Shown in pieces: positions 53,349 to 62,481 of a DNA stretch of 64,000 bases. The notes under the pieces are model-generated. The model did no database searches, was not told the DNA's origin, and saw only the letters and a list, made by a program, of their open reading frames with translations. Made by a program: the position numbers and the translations under genes. The DNA comes from Limisphaerales bacterium (GTDB lineage Bacteria > Verrucomicrobiota > Verrucomicrobiia > Limisphaerales > JAJOIW01): the NCBI GenBank assembly GCA_965657355.1, contig CBFHOE010000009.1:164076-228075 (forward strand), given 5' to 3'. The first letter of the stretch is position 1; each line of letters opens with the position of its first letter.

Positions 53349-53555
53349 ATGAACAAAGGAACAGTAAAATGGTTTGACTCAGAAAAAGGCTACGGTTTCA
53401 TTACTCCAGATGACGGCGGAAAAGACCTATTCGTGCATCATTCTGAAATTAAAAGTGACGGAAACTTTGCAACATTAGATGACGGTCAACCCGTAGAATT
53501 CGAAATCGGACAAGGGCAAAAAGGACCGTGCGCGACTAACGTTGTTGGTTGCTAA
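53349..53555 (+). CDS. cspA: Cold-shock protein (CSD)
   Basis: KGTVKWF, RNP1 KGYGFI, RNP2 LFVH, GQKGP. Confidence 0.95.
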   Translation: MNKGTVKWFDSEKGYGFITPDDGGKDLFVHHSEIKSDGNFATLDDGQPVEFEIGQGQKGPCATNVVGC

Positions 53556-53581
53556 TCCAATCAAATCAGTAATTAATTTAA

Positions 53582-53625
53582 AAAGCAGGCTGTTCACTCA
53601 CTTAGTGAACGGCCTGCTTTGTTTT
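53582..53625 (+). terminator. Intrinsic terminator after cspA
   Basis: 17-bp stem AAAGCAGGCTGTTCACT / AGTGAACGGCCTGCTTT (one G-U pair), 5-nt loop, followed by GTTTT. Confidence 0.85.
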
Positions 53626-54230
53626 GTATATATGAAATAGCAAAGATATGATCCACATTTTGCTGTAGTTTCAGGTTCCCGGTTTTCCTCAAAACTCCCC
53701 ATCAGATCTTGGAAACTTTTCAAATCTATGCCTCTCAATTTAATGAAGGCTCCCCTATTTCCCCGCTTCAACAAGCGATTATCAACAAATCTATTTTCAA
53801 TCATGCGATTAGAATAAGAGGACAAAAGTTCCGCGACTGGGACTTGAATGGGTATTCGATCCGGATCCTGTTAACCCTGATTTTGAAAGTAGAAAATTTC
53901 ATAGCTAATGCCATAAAATCACCAGTATCGGAATTCACTCCCGGGAAGACTTAAAAAAATCTATGGGATGGATTTAAGATTTCATCTGTTCCATTGAGAA
54001 ACTAGGTGGTCATTAGAGGAGGCGGGGATTTTTGAAAAGGACATAAATCTTATTAATATGGTTATGTCTAAAAAAGCGAAATAATAAATTTTACTTCGCT
54101 GTTGTGACCTTCTCATAATAAGCAGATGACCTCTTCTAGTTATTATCTTTTTATTTTTGATTGAGTCGTTTTGTTAACACAAAACGACTCAATCTCTTTG
54201 GGCCAGTTTTTCAGGTCATGGCCAGGAAGA

Positions 54231-54803
54231 TCAATTATAAAATATTTTGGTTATAACGAAAATGACGACCCCAATCGCCATCATTATGGTGAGGAACTTC
54301 TTCGCAGTTTCCTTTTGTTCCTGGGTTTCCGGCCGCAAACAATGACCAGATCCATCAAAATATTTCTCATTCATCAACATAGCCAAATCATACGTAGTCC
54401 AGATACCGCATCCGCCGCACGTCAAGGCTTTCGCAAATCCTAGTCCTATATTTCCGGAGTAAAATCGATCCACTCCTAAATGCCCCAAAAAAAACGAGAG
54501 ATAAAATGTTGTCTGCCAATCTTTACCTGGTGGGCTGGCTCGATTTTTTTTGATCGAAGAAGTTCGGGCTGATGGTCTATACCGTTGTTTTGAAATGTCG
54601 GAACTAGCTGAAGGAGGTGAGAATCTGCCTGTCTCTCTCGTTTTGGGAAAGCTGTTTCCGGTTTTTACCCTTTCATCAGGATTTATTAGCGTCATGAGCT
54701 GCTGACAATGTGGACATTCCGTTGAAATACCAGCGGACGATTTGGGAACTTCTACGCGCCCACCGCACGATTCGCAGGCACATTTAAAGGTTTCTTCATT
54801 CAT
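54231..54803 (-). CDS. TM2 domain membrane protein with N-terminal zinc-ribbon
   Basis: CESC...CPHC; LSFFLGHLGVDRFYSGNIGLG..KALTCGGCGIW. Confidence 0.8.
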   Translation of the reverse strand: MNEETFKCACESCGGRVEVPKSSAGISTECPHCQQLMTLINPDERVKTGNSFPKTRETGRFSPPSASSDISKQRYRPSARTSSIKKNRASPPGKDWQTTFYLSFFLGHLGVDRFYSGNIGLGFAKALTCGGCGIWTTYDLAMLMNEKYFDGSGHCLRPETQEQKETAKKFLTIMMAIGVVIFVITKIFYN

Positions 54804-54870
54804 ATCAATAATTGTAAATAATTTTTATAAACGGATTACTCGTGTTTCAGATTGGGATGAGTTTCTGTTG

Positions 54871-55284
54871 CTAGTGAGGTGCCAAATGGCAAAAAGGTGG
54901 AAACGGTAAATTACGAAGTATGGTGTACCCAATGACTGTAATAACCACAGCTGGCGTAAAATACTGGATTTGGTCGCGCATCTCCCGCTTCGGATCGGAT
55001 AACAAAAGAAGACGAAGTTTTTTTTTCGCAATCAAAGCCAAAAGGAACAGAGGTCCAACTATTATCAGTAGGGGGTTGTATGAAATACTTTCAGCTAACT
55101 GACCATTAAGTAAAGCATGTACAGCTCTCAACCCTCCGCATCCCGCGCAATGGAATCCGGTCAGTGAATGAAAAAGACAAACTGGGTAAAAACGAGACGT
55201 GCTTGGATTATAAAAATATAGAACGAGCAGTATTCCTACAGCGATAAGTAACAAAGGTGCAATTAGACATCTGCAGCTCCTCAT
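54871..55284 (-). CDS. DUF2752 domain membrane protein
   Basis: CLFHSLTGFHCAGCGGLRAVHALLNG..YNPL. Confidence 0.8.
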   Translation of the reverse strand: MRSCRCLIAPLLLIAVGILLVLYFYNPSTSRFYPVCLFHSLTGFHCAGCGGLRAVHALLNGQLAESISYNPLLIIVGPLFLLALIAKKKLRLLLLSDPKREMRDQIQYFTPAVVITVIGYTILRNLPFPPFCHLAPH

Positions 55285-55737
55285 GACGCCTAAGAATTTG
55301 TGGAAGTAATCACAATCCCGCTATTATAAAATCATGCTTAATTTGTAATTTACACGTATACTTTTGTGAGTTCTTGGCTTATTGAGAACAGAGCCATTAG
55401 AATAACTTTCTAGTCCTATTGTGCAGCTCAAATCGTGTTCGTAAGATTTTCAATCTCTCAGTTCAATTTTATGCTTATCTGGATAAAAGAATACGAAAAT
55501 TGTGTATGCGGTTAGGAGCTTGATATGAATGCACTACCAAGAAGTGCCGATGCGATACAAAATAAAATCAATTAACTTAACGCCTTTTGAAAAAACGTTC
55601 GATTACAAAAAAAATTGTTTTTTGTAATAGTTCAAACAGCTTTTTTGACTTAAATTTATCGCAAGTCCTTTTTTTACACGGTGTAGTAGAGGAGAAATTT
55701 TTCTTAGATAACGAAACAATTAAAGAAAGACAATTAA

Positions 55738-56070
55738 ATGAAATGGTTATTTAGTTTCAGCGGTAGAGCAGGTAGAGGAGAATGGTGGAAACTTAATATT
55801 ATCTTTTGGGTTTTGGCTATTATTTCCGGTAGTATCGATGGATCCATGGCCCCTGCTGATGATCCATCTGCCTTACCAATACCTTGGGTTGGGACCTTGG
55901 TAGGTTTGATAATAATCATACCTAATATAGCATTAAATGTGCGCCGCTGGCACGATCGGAACAAATCTGGATGGTGGATGCTAATTATTCTTATTCCTGT
56001 CATTGGAATTATTTGGTGGTTTATAGAATGCGGATTCCTACCAGCTAAAGAAGAGGGAAATAATTACTAA
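55738..56070 (+). CDS. DUF805 domain inner-membrane protein
   Basis: FSFSGRAGRGEWW, VRRWHDRNKSGWW, LIPVIG, GNNY. Confidence 0.85.
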   Translation: MKWLFSFSGRAGRGEWWKLNIIFWVLAIISGSIDGSMAPADDPSALPIPWVGTLVGLIIIIPNIALNVRRWHDRNKSGWWMLIILIPVIGIIWWFIECGFLPAKEEGNNY

Positions 56071-56105
56071 TTGCTTCAGGTTTATCTCTAAAAAACCATC
56101 TCATC

Positions 56106-56133
56106 GAAGCCCTTCTCCCAACGAAAGGGTTTT
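56106..56133 (+). terminator. Possible intrinsic terminator after the DUF805 gene
   Basis: AAGCCCTT / AAGGGTTT stem followed by a T-rich tail. Confidence 0.4.
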
Positions 56134-56487
56134 GTATTTTGAATATCCCCCGCAACACTTTATCAAAATATCAATCTTAACGGGTGTGAGAGGTTTTTGG
56201 GTTGATGTCAAAAGACGTTAATACGGACAATATAATAGGTATTGTAAAGGGTTACCCAATACTCATTCACATTCAATTCACTTTATATATCGACTATCTA
56301 AAAGAGGAGTGAATACGCTAATATAAAGTAAACTGGACAAGTGAATGGCCTAGCCTATTCAGGGTAAAGTATGGTAGCACTCCAGTCTGAACCCATCACT
56401 GGAATACCGATAAGTTCAGCAGTGTTTTGTAGATCGCTTGTAGATCAGAGCAAGCACCTACAAGAAATCTTGAAAGCTCCTTTTCTT

Positions 56488-57653
56488 TTACGCTTTTGAG
56501 ACGGGGTTACGAAATCGGTTGTAAAATATTTTAATATTTTCGAATACGTTGGCTCTGAGCTCTGTTTCATTTTCGAAAATGCGACCTCTAACAAATGAGC
56601 ATTTGTAACATCCATAAAATGACTCCATCGATGCATTATCGTGGCAATTGCCTTTGACGCTCATACTCGCTTTGATCCCAAATCCCCATAACTTCCCTTG
56701 GTATTTGTCAGCCGCATAGATGCTGCCACGATCGCAGTGATGTATAAGTCCAGCCAATGAATGTTTGCCTCGTATCATGACCGCTCACCACAATGCCTGA
56801 CTCACCAGCTCGGTATCTTTAAGTGATGAGACAATCCACCCTATAATCCGCCTACTTAACAAATCCATGACTTTGGCCAAGTAACTTCAAACTTCTTAAA
56901 ATCCCAGGTAGGTTGTATCAGCTACCCAGATTTCATCACATTGACTTGGAGCTTCTAGCTCTATCAAAAGATTTGGTGAGTATCCGAATTCATGATTACT
57001 ATTGGCTCCCAGTGGTTTAAAGCCTTTCTTTTGAATGCCTTCAATTCCCAGTTCTTTCATCAATCGCAACGTTTGGTCTCGTCCGCATTCTAAATTTTAT
57101 TCTCCGATGTGATGACATATTGGCCGGTGCCCATAACACCCTTTTGCTTGCTTGTGAAGTTCTTGAATACGAATCTCATGAGCTGGGTATTCAAGTTCCC
57201 GCGGGCTTTGTTCACGTTCGGACCAATCATAATATCCACTCCGACTTATTCCAGAGCAGTCGCAGATCTCAACTATACTAAATTGAGTGCAATTTTGGCT
57301 GATGAATTCATACTTTATCAATCTTCCTTGATGAAGTTATATGTGCCCTACTCCATCGGCCATGAGAAGCACAGTTGCACTTTTGCTAACGTCATTCATT
57401 TTAGGTCTTTACCACAGTTTACTCCACGAGTGCTTCTTCACTTTCTTGCACTTCCCCCGGACCAGTAGTTACTATCACCAAGTTTTGCCTATTTACGAAA
57501 AAACCACCTAGCCCTCCGGACTCATATTATGAACTTTCTGTAAATTTGGCTGGTAGCTGATATCGAGCAAAATTGTGATTTGGATCACGTTGTAATTATA
57601 TGTTCTCGTTGCATGATTGACAACTTAGTGTCCAACCTTAACTCTGCACCTGT
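56488..57653 (-). mobile_element. Degenerate IS3-family insertion sequence (pseudogenised OrfB transposase)
   Basis: One reading frame, 57321 to 56488, with four in-frame stops: ISRSGYY..YGHRPI..IWVADTTY..VMDLLSRRIIGW..HHCDRGS..GNCHDNASMESF..FYNRFR. IRL-like ...AAGGTTGGACAC at 57628-57653. OrfA is decayed and the 3' end truncated. Confidence 0.85.
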
Positions 57654-57784
57654 CTTCGGGGCTAGATGGCACAACCTAAAAAAGTTATCGTAATCTTTCG
57701 TTACTCAGTTTTCACTACTCGTTTTACGCTCTTAAAAAAGTCTCAAAAATCTATCAGGTTGGTTAAAGATTATAGATACTGAAA

Positions 57785-58936
57785 TCATTCCGCTTCGGGG
57801 CTGGAAGCCGGTGGTTCCGCACCGGCTTGTTCGGGAGCTGGGTTGAGTGGGACCAAGGCAGAAGCATGGCGCTCGATATCTCGAGTAATGAGGCCATCGA
57901 TCCCCAGCGCTCCGCAGCTATGCAAGGCAAGAAGGGCCATGTTGGTGCCGGCCTGGGTAATGTAGTGCCGGCCGTCACGGCGGGGAGAGTGAGTGAACCA
58001 ACGGCCACTTTGACGCTGATTTGCCTTAAGCCACTTGATACCACGGACAATGCCGGGATCCTCCTTCGATACACCAGCCTGACGCAAAGCGTACAAGCCC
58101 AGGGCTGTGGCATAGCCGTCACTGGTTTGGTGGTGGGGCTTCTCATCTTCACGCTGCCACTGCGCATCGCCGAGCTGCGCCAAGACCCAGCCTCCATCCT
58201 CTTGCTGCAGCTTACGAAGCGACTTGACCCACCTCTGTTGCTGCTCGACCGTGGCCAATTCGGGAGCGTGCCTTGCTGCCCAGAGCATCATGGCTTGCTG
58301 ATGCGGGGCGGTGGGCGCGTTGGCCTTGAGATACTGGTGGAGCTTCTTCTCGGCTTCCATGGCGGTTGGCTGGCTTCGATATTCGATTGGCGCCATGGCT
58401 AGAGCAATGGTGGCTAGGGTGACACCAAAATGATCATCCACTTCAAACGGACCCCAATGGCACTTAAGCCAGTCCTCCCAAGCGCCAGATGGATTCTGTT
58501 TCGACCAAATATAGTCCAGCGCACGGACTGTTTGAGCATGCAGCTTCTTATCCGTAGTCATCTCGCTAATCGCCAGAAAACTGGCACCCGCGACAATGCC
58601 CTCAATAGCCCCGCGTTGACCGCGAGGCTTGGCCTTGCCCGAAATGTATGATGTCAGGTAGTCACGGGTGAATTTTTGATTACTGATAAGTACCTGTGAG
58701 TTTGGTGTGATCTGGGCACCTGCGACAAGGTGTAAACCGTTTGTATGGCAAGTGACACAACGCCGCCTTTCTTGCCATTTGCTAACTGACCGCTCGATAA
58801 AATCGATGGCCATTTCGGCAGAGTACGCCGACCGGGCTTCATCTGGGCGATTCCTGGTGACACCATCGGATTGCCCACGCAAATTCCCAGTCGTGCAAAT
58901 AAAAATGAAGATCGTGATTATGCCAAACCAATTCAT
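57785..58936 (-). CDS. Secreted prenyltransferase/squalene-hopene-cyclase-like (QW-repeat) single-barrel protein with CxxCH
   Basis: Signal peptide, CVTCH, QW motifs QNPSGAW / QQEDGGW / QRQSGRW, SDGYAT. Confidence 0.7.
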   Translation of the reverse strand: MNWFGIITIFIFICTTGNLRGQSDGVTRNRPDEARSAYSAEMAIDFIERSVSKWQERRRCVTCHTNGLHLVAGAQITPNSQVLISNQKFTRDYLTSYISGKAKPRGQRGAIEGIVAGASFLAISEMTTDKKLHAQTVRALDYIWSKQNPSGAWEDWLKCHWGPFEVDDHFGVTLATIALAMAPIEYRSQPTAMEAEKKLHQYLKANAPTAPHQQAMMLWAARHAPELATVEQQQRWVKSLRKLQQEDGGWVLAQLGDAQWQREDEKPHHQTSDGYATALGLYALRQAGVSKEDPGIVRGIKWLKANQRQSGRWFTHSPRRDGRHYITQAGTNMALLALHSCGALGIDGLITRDIERHASALVPLNPAPEQAGAEPPASSPEAE

Positions 58937-59020
58937 CCCCAGAAATCTATACTAAATCGGGCTTAATGAAAATTCCGGAAAGGAACGATTTCGTAGCTTA
59001 TGAAATGATAGCAATTTTTC

Positions 59021-59092
59021 ATCGAACGACAAAATGTGGCAATGACTATCGAGCGAAGCGTAACCAGCATTGGCTTAACTGGATTGTTCTGC
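59021..59092 (-). repeat. attC-like integron cassette recombination site (degenerate, solitary)
   Basis: Minus strand GCAGAAC-AATCC-AGTTAAGC-CAATG...CGCTTCGCTC...CATTG-CCACATT-TTGTC-GTTCGAT. AAC/GTT ends, 5-nt spacers, imperfect stem; L-box pairing is weak. Confidence 0.4.
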
Positions 59093-59311
59093 TTGTTTGT
59101 TTTCATTCATAAATATTTGTGGAATAAAGAATATCCGCGAATCGCTTCCATGGGTTCTCTGGCTTTTTGTAAACTCACCGTCAAATTCGTCCGTAGCCAT
59201 TAAAGTCCCGTCGCGAGGAGATTCTCGCAGAGCCCTCTTTCTCGTCCAATATATCTTTCTAGAAACCCATTAACTTATGAGTTTATTACCATCACATCAT
59301 ACCAAACTTCT

Positions 59312-59584
59312 GTGGGATACGGATTGGCCGTTGTTTATCAATATACGGTCGATGGCTTAGAGCTTAAAAGTGATGTATTCCAATTTGGATACAACGCGAC
59401 CCTGGGCCGTTCCTCAGCAAAAGAATTACTTAAAAACTACCCAATGGATATGGAGGTCGAGGTGTTTTACAATCCTCAAAATCCGAAAATATCCGCTCTG
59501 GTAACCGGGGTTGGTAGAGAGGCCCTCTATTTTATGTATATTGGGAGAGCTTTAATTATCGGGGGGGCTGATTGCAGTAATTAG
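59312..59584 (+). pseudogene. DUF3592 domain fragment (N-terminally truncated)
   Basis: VVYQYTVDG...YPMDMEVEVFYNPQNPKISAL. Lacks the usual N-terminal TM segment. Confidence 0.55.
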
Positions 59585-59861
59585 AAATAACAGAAAAAAA
59601 GCAGGCCTTGACAAAAATACATAATGAAGTTCGCGCTCCTCTGCATAACAATATAGGGTCCTATTATTGCTACGGCACCTACGGGGCTTCGGGCTCCGCA
59701 CCTAGCACCTGCAAGCCTCCACTGCTCATCCTACTCTAGCTCAGCACTCTATCTCATAAGTAGACTGGAACTTGGGCTAAGCGGAATCCGTAGTCGGTGG
59801 TGACAGCACCCGTCCGGGACGAACTTGTCGCGGTTCGCCGACCGACAATCCTAAGACAGGG

Positions 59862-61088
59862 TTATTTAAAGTTCTCATAGACAGCTTTTGAAAACTTTTC
59901 AAAAAGTGACACTGTTGAGTGGTGATTAAATGGTAAATGCTGGCTGTAAATACTAGCAGCTACGCCCGATTTATGGTCAATGTAAAAGTAAGTGTTACGA
60001 TACCCCCCCCAAACCAAAGCGCCCTTTTTTCTTCCATACGCCTCAGGAGTATTGTCGATTAGTGTAGCTAGCCCCCATTTTGAGTCTTTGTCCATGATTC
60101 CGTTGAAATTGCAACAAGTAGCAGGATCATAGTGCCATCCTTCTGGGTTAAGACTGATATCTCCAACATGATTCTGCATCATAAGTTCAACCGTCTCTTT
60201 TTTCAAAATCCTACTTCCTTTGAAGCTCCCATAATTGAGAACGCACTGAAGTATTTTAGTGAAATCACTAGGAGTCGAAAACAGCCCTCCGCCACCACTG
60301 AAATTCGTCACCACCTCTTTTGGGTATCTGCTAGGAGATACCTCATCTCCATCTATCTCGACTAAGGGTCCTTTTCCGTCTTTGCCACGGTTACCCATTG
60401 AAACGATTCTTTTAAATTCCTTTTGAGGAACGTTGAAATAAGTGTTTTCAACGCCAAGCGGGTTGAAAATGTTTTTCTCAAAATACATCTCTAGGCTCAT
60501 ACCTGAGATCTTCTCGACAAGTTTCCCTGCCCAATCAGTATTTGTCCCATAAAGATACTTACTACCACTTTCAAATTGCCTTGGGAAATCTTCATATTCC
60601 CATTTTGAAGGATCAAATTCGCCTGACAACTTGTAGGTTTTATTTGGATAACCAAAGCCTGCCGTATGAGTTAATAAGTGCATTAATGTAATGCCTACTG
60701 TTGCCTCTACCAATTCGCCATTGGGAAGCATAATTGGTATCCTTGCCATTTCGGGAAGTAACTCCGACAAGTCCTGATCCAAATGAACCTCTCCCTGCTC
60801 CACTAGCTGCATCGCAGCAATACTGGTCACAATTTTGGTCATAGAATGAATTCTAAAAATGCTAGCAGTCGAAACTGGGAGGGTTTCGTTCCAATTTATG
60901 TTGCCGTATGAATATTCCACAAGTTGCCCGTTGGAATTTACCGCAACCGCAACAACTGCAGGTAGATCAGAATCCTGCATCGCACTTTCCATAACCTCCC
61001 TGACTGCCTTATTAGTTTTTTCAGCACTGGGGGATGCAGATGCAAAATTTATTACGACTGACATTAATAAAAATTTTAGAGATTTCAT
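59862..61088 (-). CDS. Serine hydrolase, beta-lactamase class C-like (family VIII esterase), secreted
   Basis: SxxK (HSMTK), LLTHTAG, YGTN, SGGGGLFST, WGG; signal peptide. Confidence 0.85.
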   Translation of the reverse strand: MKSLKFLLMSVVINFASASPSAEKTNKAVREVMESAMQDSDLPAVVAVAVNSNGQLVEYSYGNINWNETLPVSTASIFRIHSMTKIVTSIAAMQLVEQGEVHLDQDLSELLPEMARIPIMLPNGELVEATVGITLMHLLTHTAGFGYPNKTYKLSGEFDPSKWEYEDFPRQFESGSKYLYGTNTDWAGKLVEKISGMSLEMYFEKNIFNPLGVENTYFNVPQKEFKRIVSMGNRGKDGKGPLVEIDGDEVSPSRYPKEVVTNFSGGGGLFSTPSDFTKILQCVLNYGSFKGSRILKKETVELMMQNHVGDISLNPEGWHYDPATCCNFNGIMDKDSKWGLATLIDNTPEAYGRKKGALVWGGYRNTYFYIDHKSGVAASIYSQHLPFNHHSTVSLFEKFSKAVYENFK

Positions 61089-61345
61089 TTTTAGCGGTGA
61101 TGAATTAGTGTAATAGAATAATTGGTTTGCGGCGAAACAATTGCTACTTTCCTTTGTGGCAGGAGTTCACCAATATGACTACCCGAAAGTAATATCTGAA
61201 TCAATAATGTTCGTTCAAGTCAAAGCCCCCCTGTATAAAGTTTTGCCATCGGCTTTTTTGGGATCTCTCATTTTCATCGTTTTCCTGTATTATTTACCAA
61301 ATTTCAATACCAGAAATCATTACAAAAAAAGTTCTTCAGTCATAA

Positions 61346-62323
61346 TTAGATTTTTATGTTCTCATGACTGATAACAATTGAAAGAGCCCCTTCTAACATC
61401 GCCCTTGCCGTTGATGAAACTTGAAATAAATGTTTGTGAATCATTGCGTCTTTGGCATTTTTATCAATACATGAACGGCTATAATCCTCGAATGCAACCA
61501 GATTGGAAATAATTTGTCCAAGATGTTGGGGACACTCGCAATCAATCGAACTTGTGATTTGTGATAAGATGGCGAGTTCCCTGTTAGTATATAATCTTTC
61601 TCTAGGAGTCTTATCTTCTTCATAGACTTCTACGCCTTCAACACCCTTCCTGAATTCCTCATCAAATTTTTCCAATAACGTTTTTAAGTAATAAATATTT
61701 ATCGGAGTCAGTATAGTGAACACGTTCTCATAACCATCCAATTCTTCAGTGGTGGAACTATTTGAAAAAGAATATAAAAGCACATACTTGGTTTTGGTGT
61801 TTGCGTTGTTACCAAATAGGAGTGTTTTATATTTCGTCAAATCTATAAAGGGAGCATCTACAATAATTATATCGTGCTGAGATGCTTTTTCATTTGTCAA
61901 ATCTTCCAGTTCCCCATTGAAAACTTCAAATACATATCCAAAATCCGTTGAGTTGATAATGTCGATCAGGCGGTATGTGTAGTGTTGACCGATTAGTAGG
62001 ATGCTTTGGCCTTTATGGCTGTTTCTTTCAAACAATTCTTTATCATTCTCACCAGTTTGTTTTTTAGTTAATGCAATCAGTTCGTCGTTTGATATTCGGG
62101 CGATGTCACCAATCTTGTGGCCTTGATCAATCAGCAGTTTAAGTATACTGAGTTTTTTGACATCGCCTTTGGAATACCTTCTGCGCCCTCCCTCAGTCCG
62201 GATTGATTGAACGACTCCATATCGATTTTCCCATGCTCTGATATTGGCTGATGGTATTCCTAAGGTTTTGCTGACAATCGAAATGTCAGATGTAGACGAA
62301 AGTTTATTTTGTTCTTCACTCAT
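61346..62323 (-). CDS. MerR-family (CarH/LitR-like HTH) transcriptional regulator with Cys/His-rich C-terminal domain
   Basis: IRAWENRYG...RTEGGRRRYS...LIDQGHKIGDIA HTH; C-terminal IDCECPQHL..FEDYSRSC..IHKHL. Confidence 0.85.
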   Translation of the reverse strand: MSEEQNKLSSTSDISIVSKTLGIPSANIRAWENRYGVVQSIRTEGGRRRYSKGDVKKLSILKLLIDQGHKIGDIARISNDELIALTKKQTGENDKELFERNSHKGQSILLIGQHYTYRLIDIINSTDFGYVFEVFNGELEDLTNEKASQHDIIIVDAPFIDLTKYKTLLFGNNANTKTKYVLLYSFSNSSTTEELDGYENVFTILTPINIYYLKTLLEKFDEEFRKGVEGVEVYEEDKTPRERLYTNRELAILSQITSSIDCECPQHLGQIISNLVAFEDYSRSCIDKNAKDAMIHKHLFQVSSTARAMLEGALSIVISHENIKI

Positions 62324-62333
62324 ACTTTCTTTT

Positions 62334-62469
62334 TGTTCAAGTTTCTAACAATCTTAGTTGAACATTATGGAATTTCCCAAGAAATTCAACTATTCTGTGC
62401 AATAAAATTTGCACATCTCCACTATTGTTCAATATTGTATATGATTTATTGAACATACAAACTTGAACA
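62334..62469. promoter_or_regulatory. Divergent promoter region with TTGAACA/TGTTCAA operator-like repeats
   Basis: TGTTCAA at 62334 and 62426; TTGAACA at 62358, 62449, 62463; variants TCTAACA 62344 and TTGTATA 62435; palindrome TGTGCAA-N6-TTGCACA at 62396-62415. Confidence 0.65.
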
Positions 62470-62481
62470 ACTATTTATAAA

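Noticed and set aside
53598..53954. Short ORFs downstream of cspA (75 aa minus strand, 81 aa plus strand)
   Set aside because: No motifs, they overlap the terminator or each other, and starts are weak.
57827..58402. 191-aa plus-strand ORF (and the 144-aa minus-strand ORF at 57763-58197)
   Set aside because: Shadow frames of the GC-rich 57785-58936 gene, with no recognisable motifs.
57785..58936. Call as a bona fide squalene-hopene cyclase (shc)
   Set aside because: Only 383 aa, carries a signal peptide, and lacks the DxDD motif.
59862..61088. Call as an antibiotic-resistance beta-lactamase
   Set aside because: Motifs (LLTHTAG, WGG, no KTG) fit family VIII esterase-like serine hydrolases.
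61141..61371. 76-aa plus-strand ORF between the serine hydrolase and the regulator
   Set aside because: TTG start, overlaps the regulator's 3' end, no recognisable features.
61346..62323. Call as B12-dependent CarH
   Set aside because: No W-x9-EH or ExHxxG cobalamin-binding motifs are visible.
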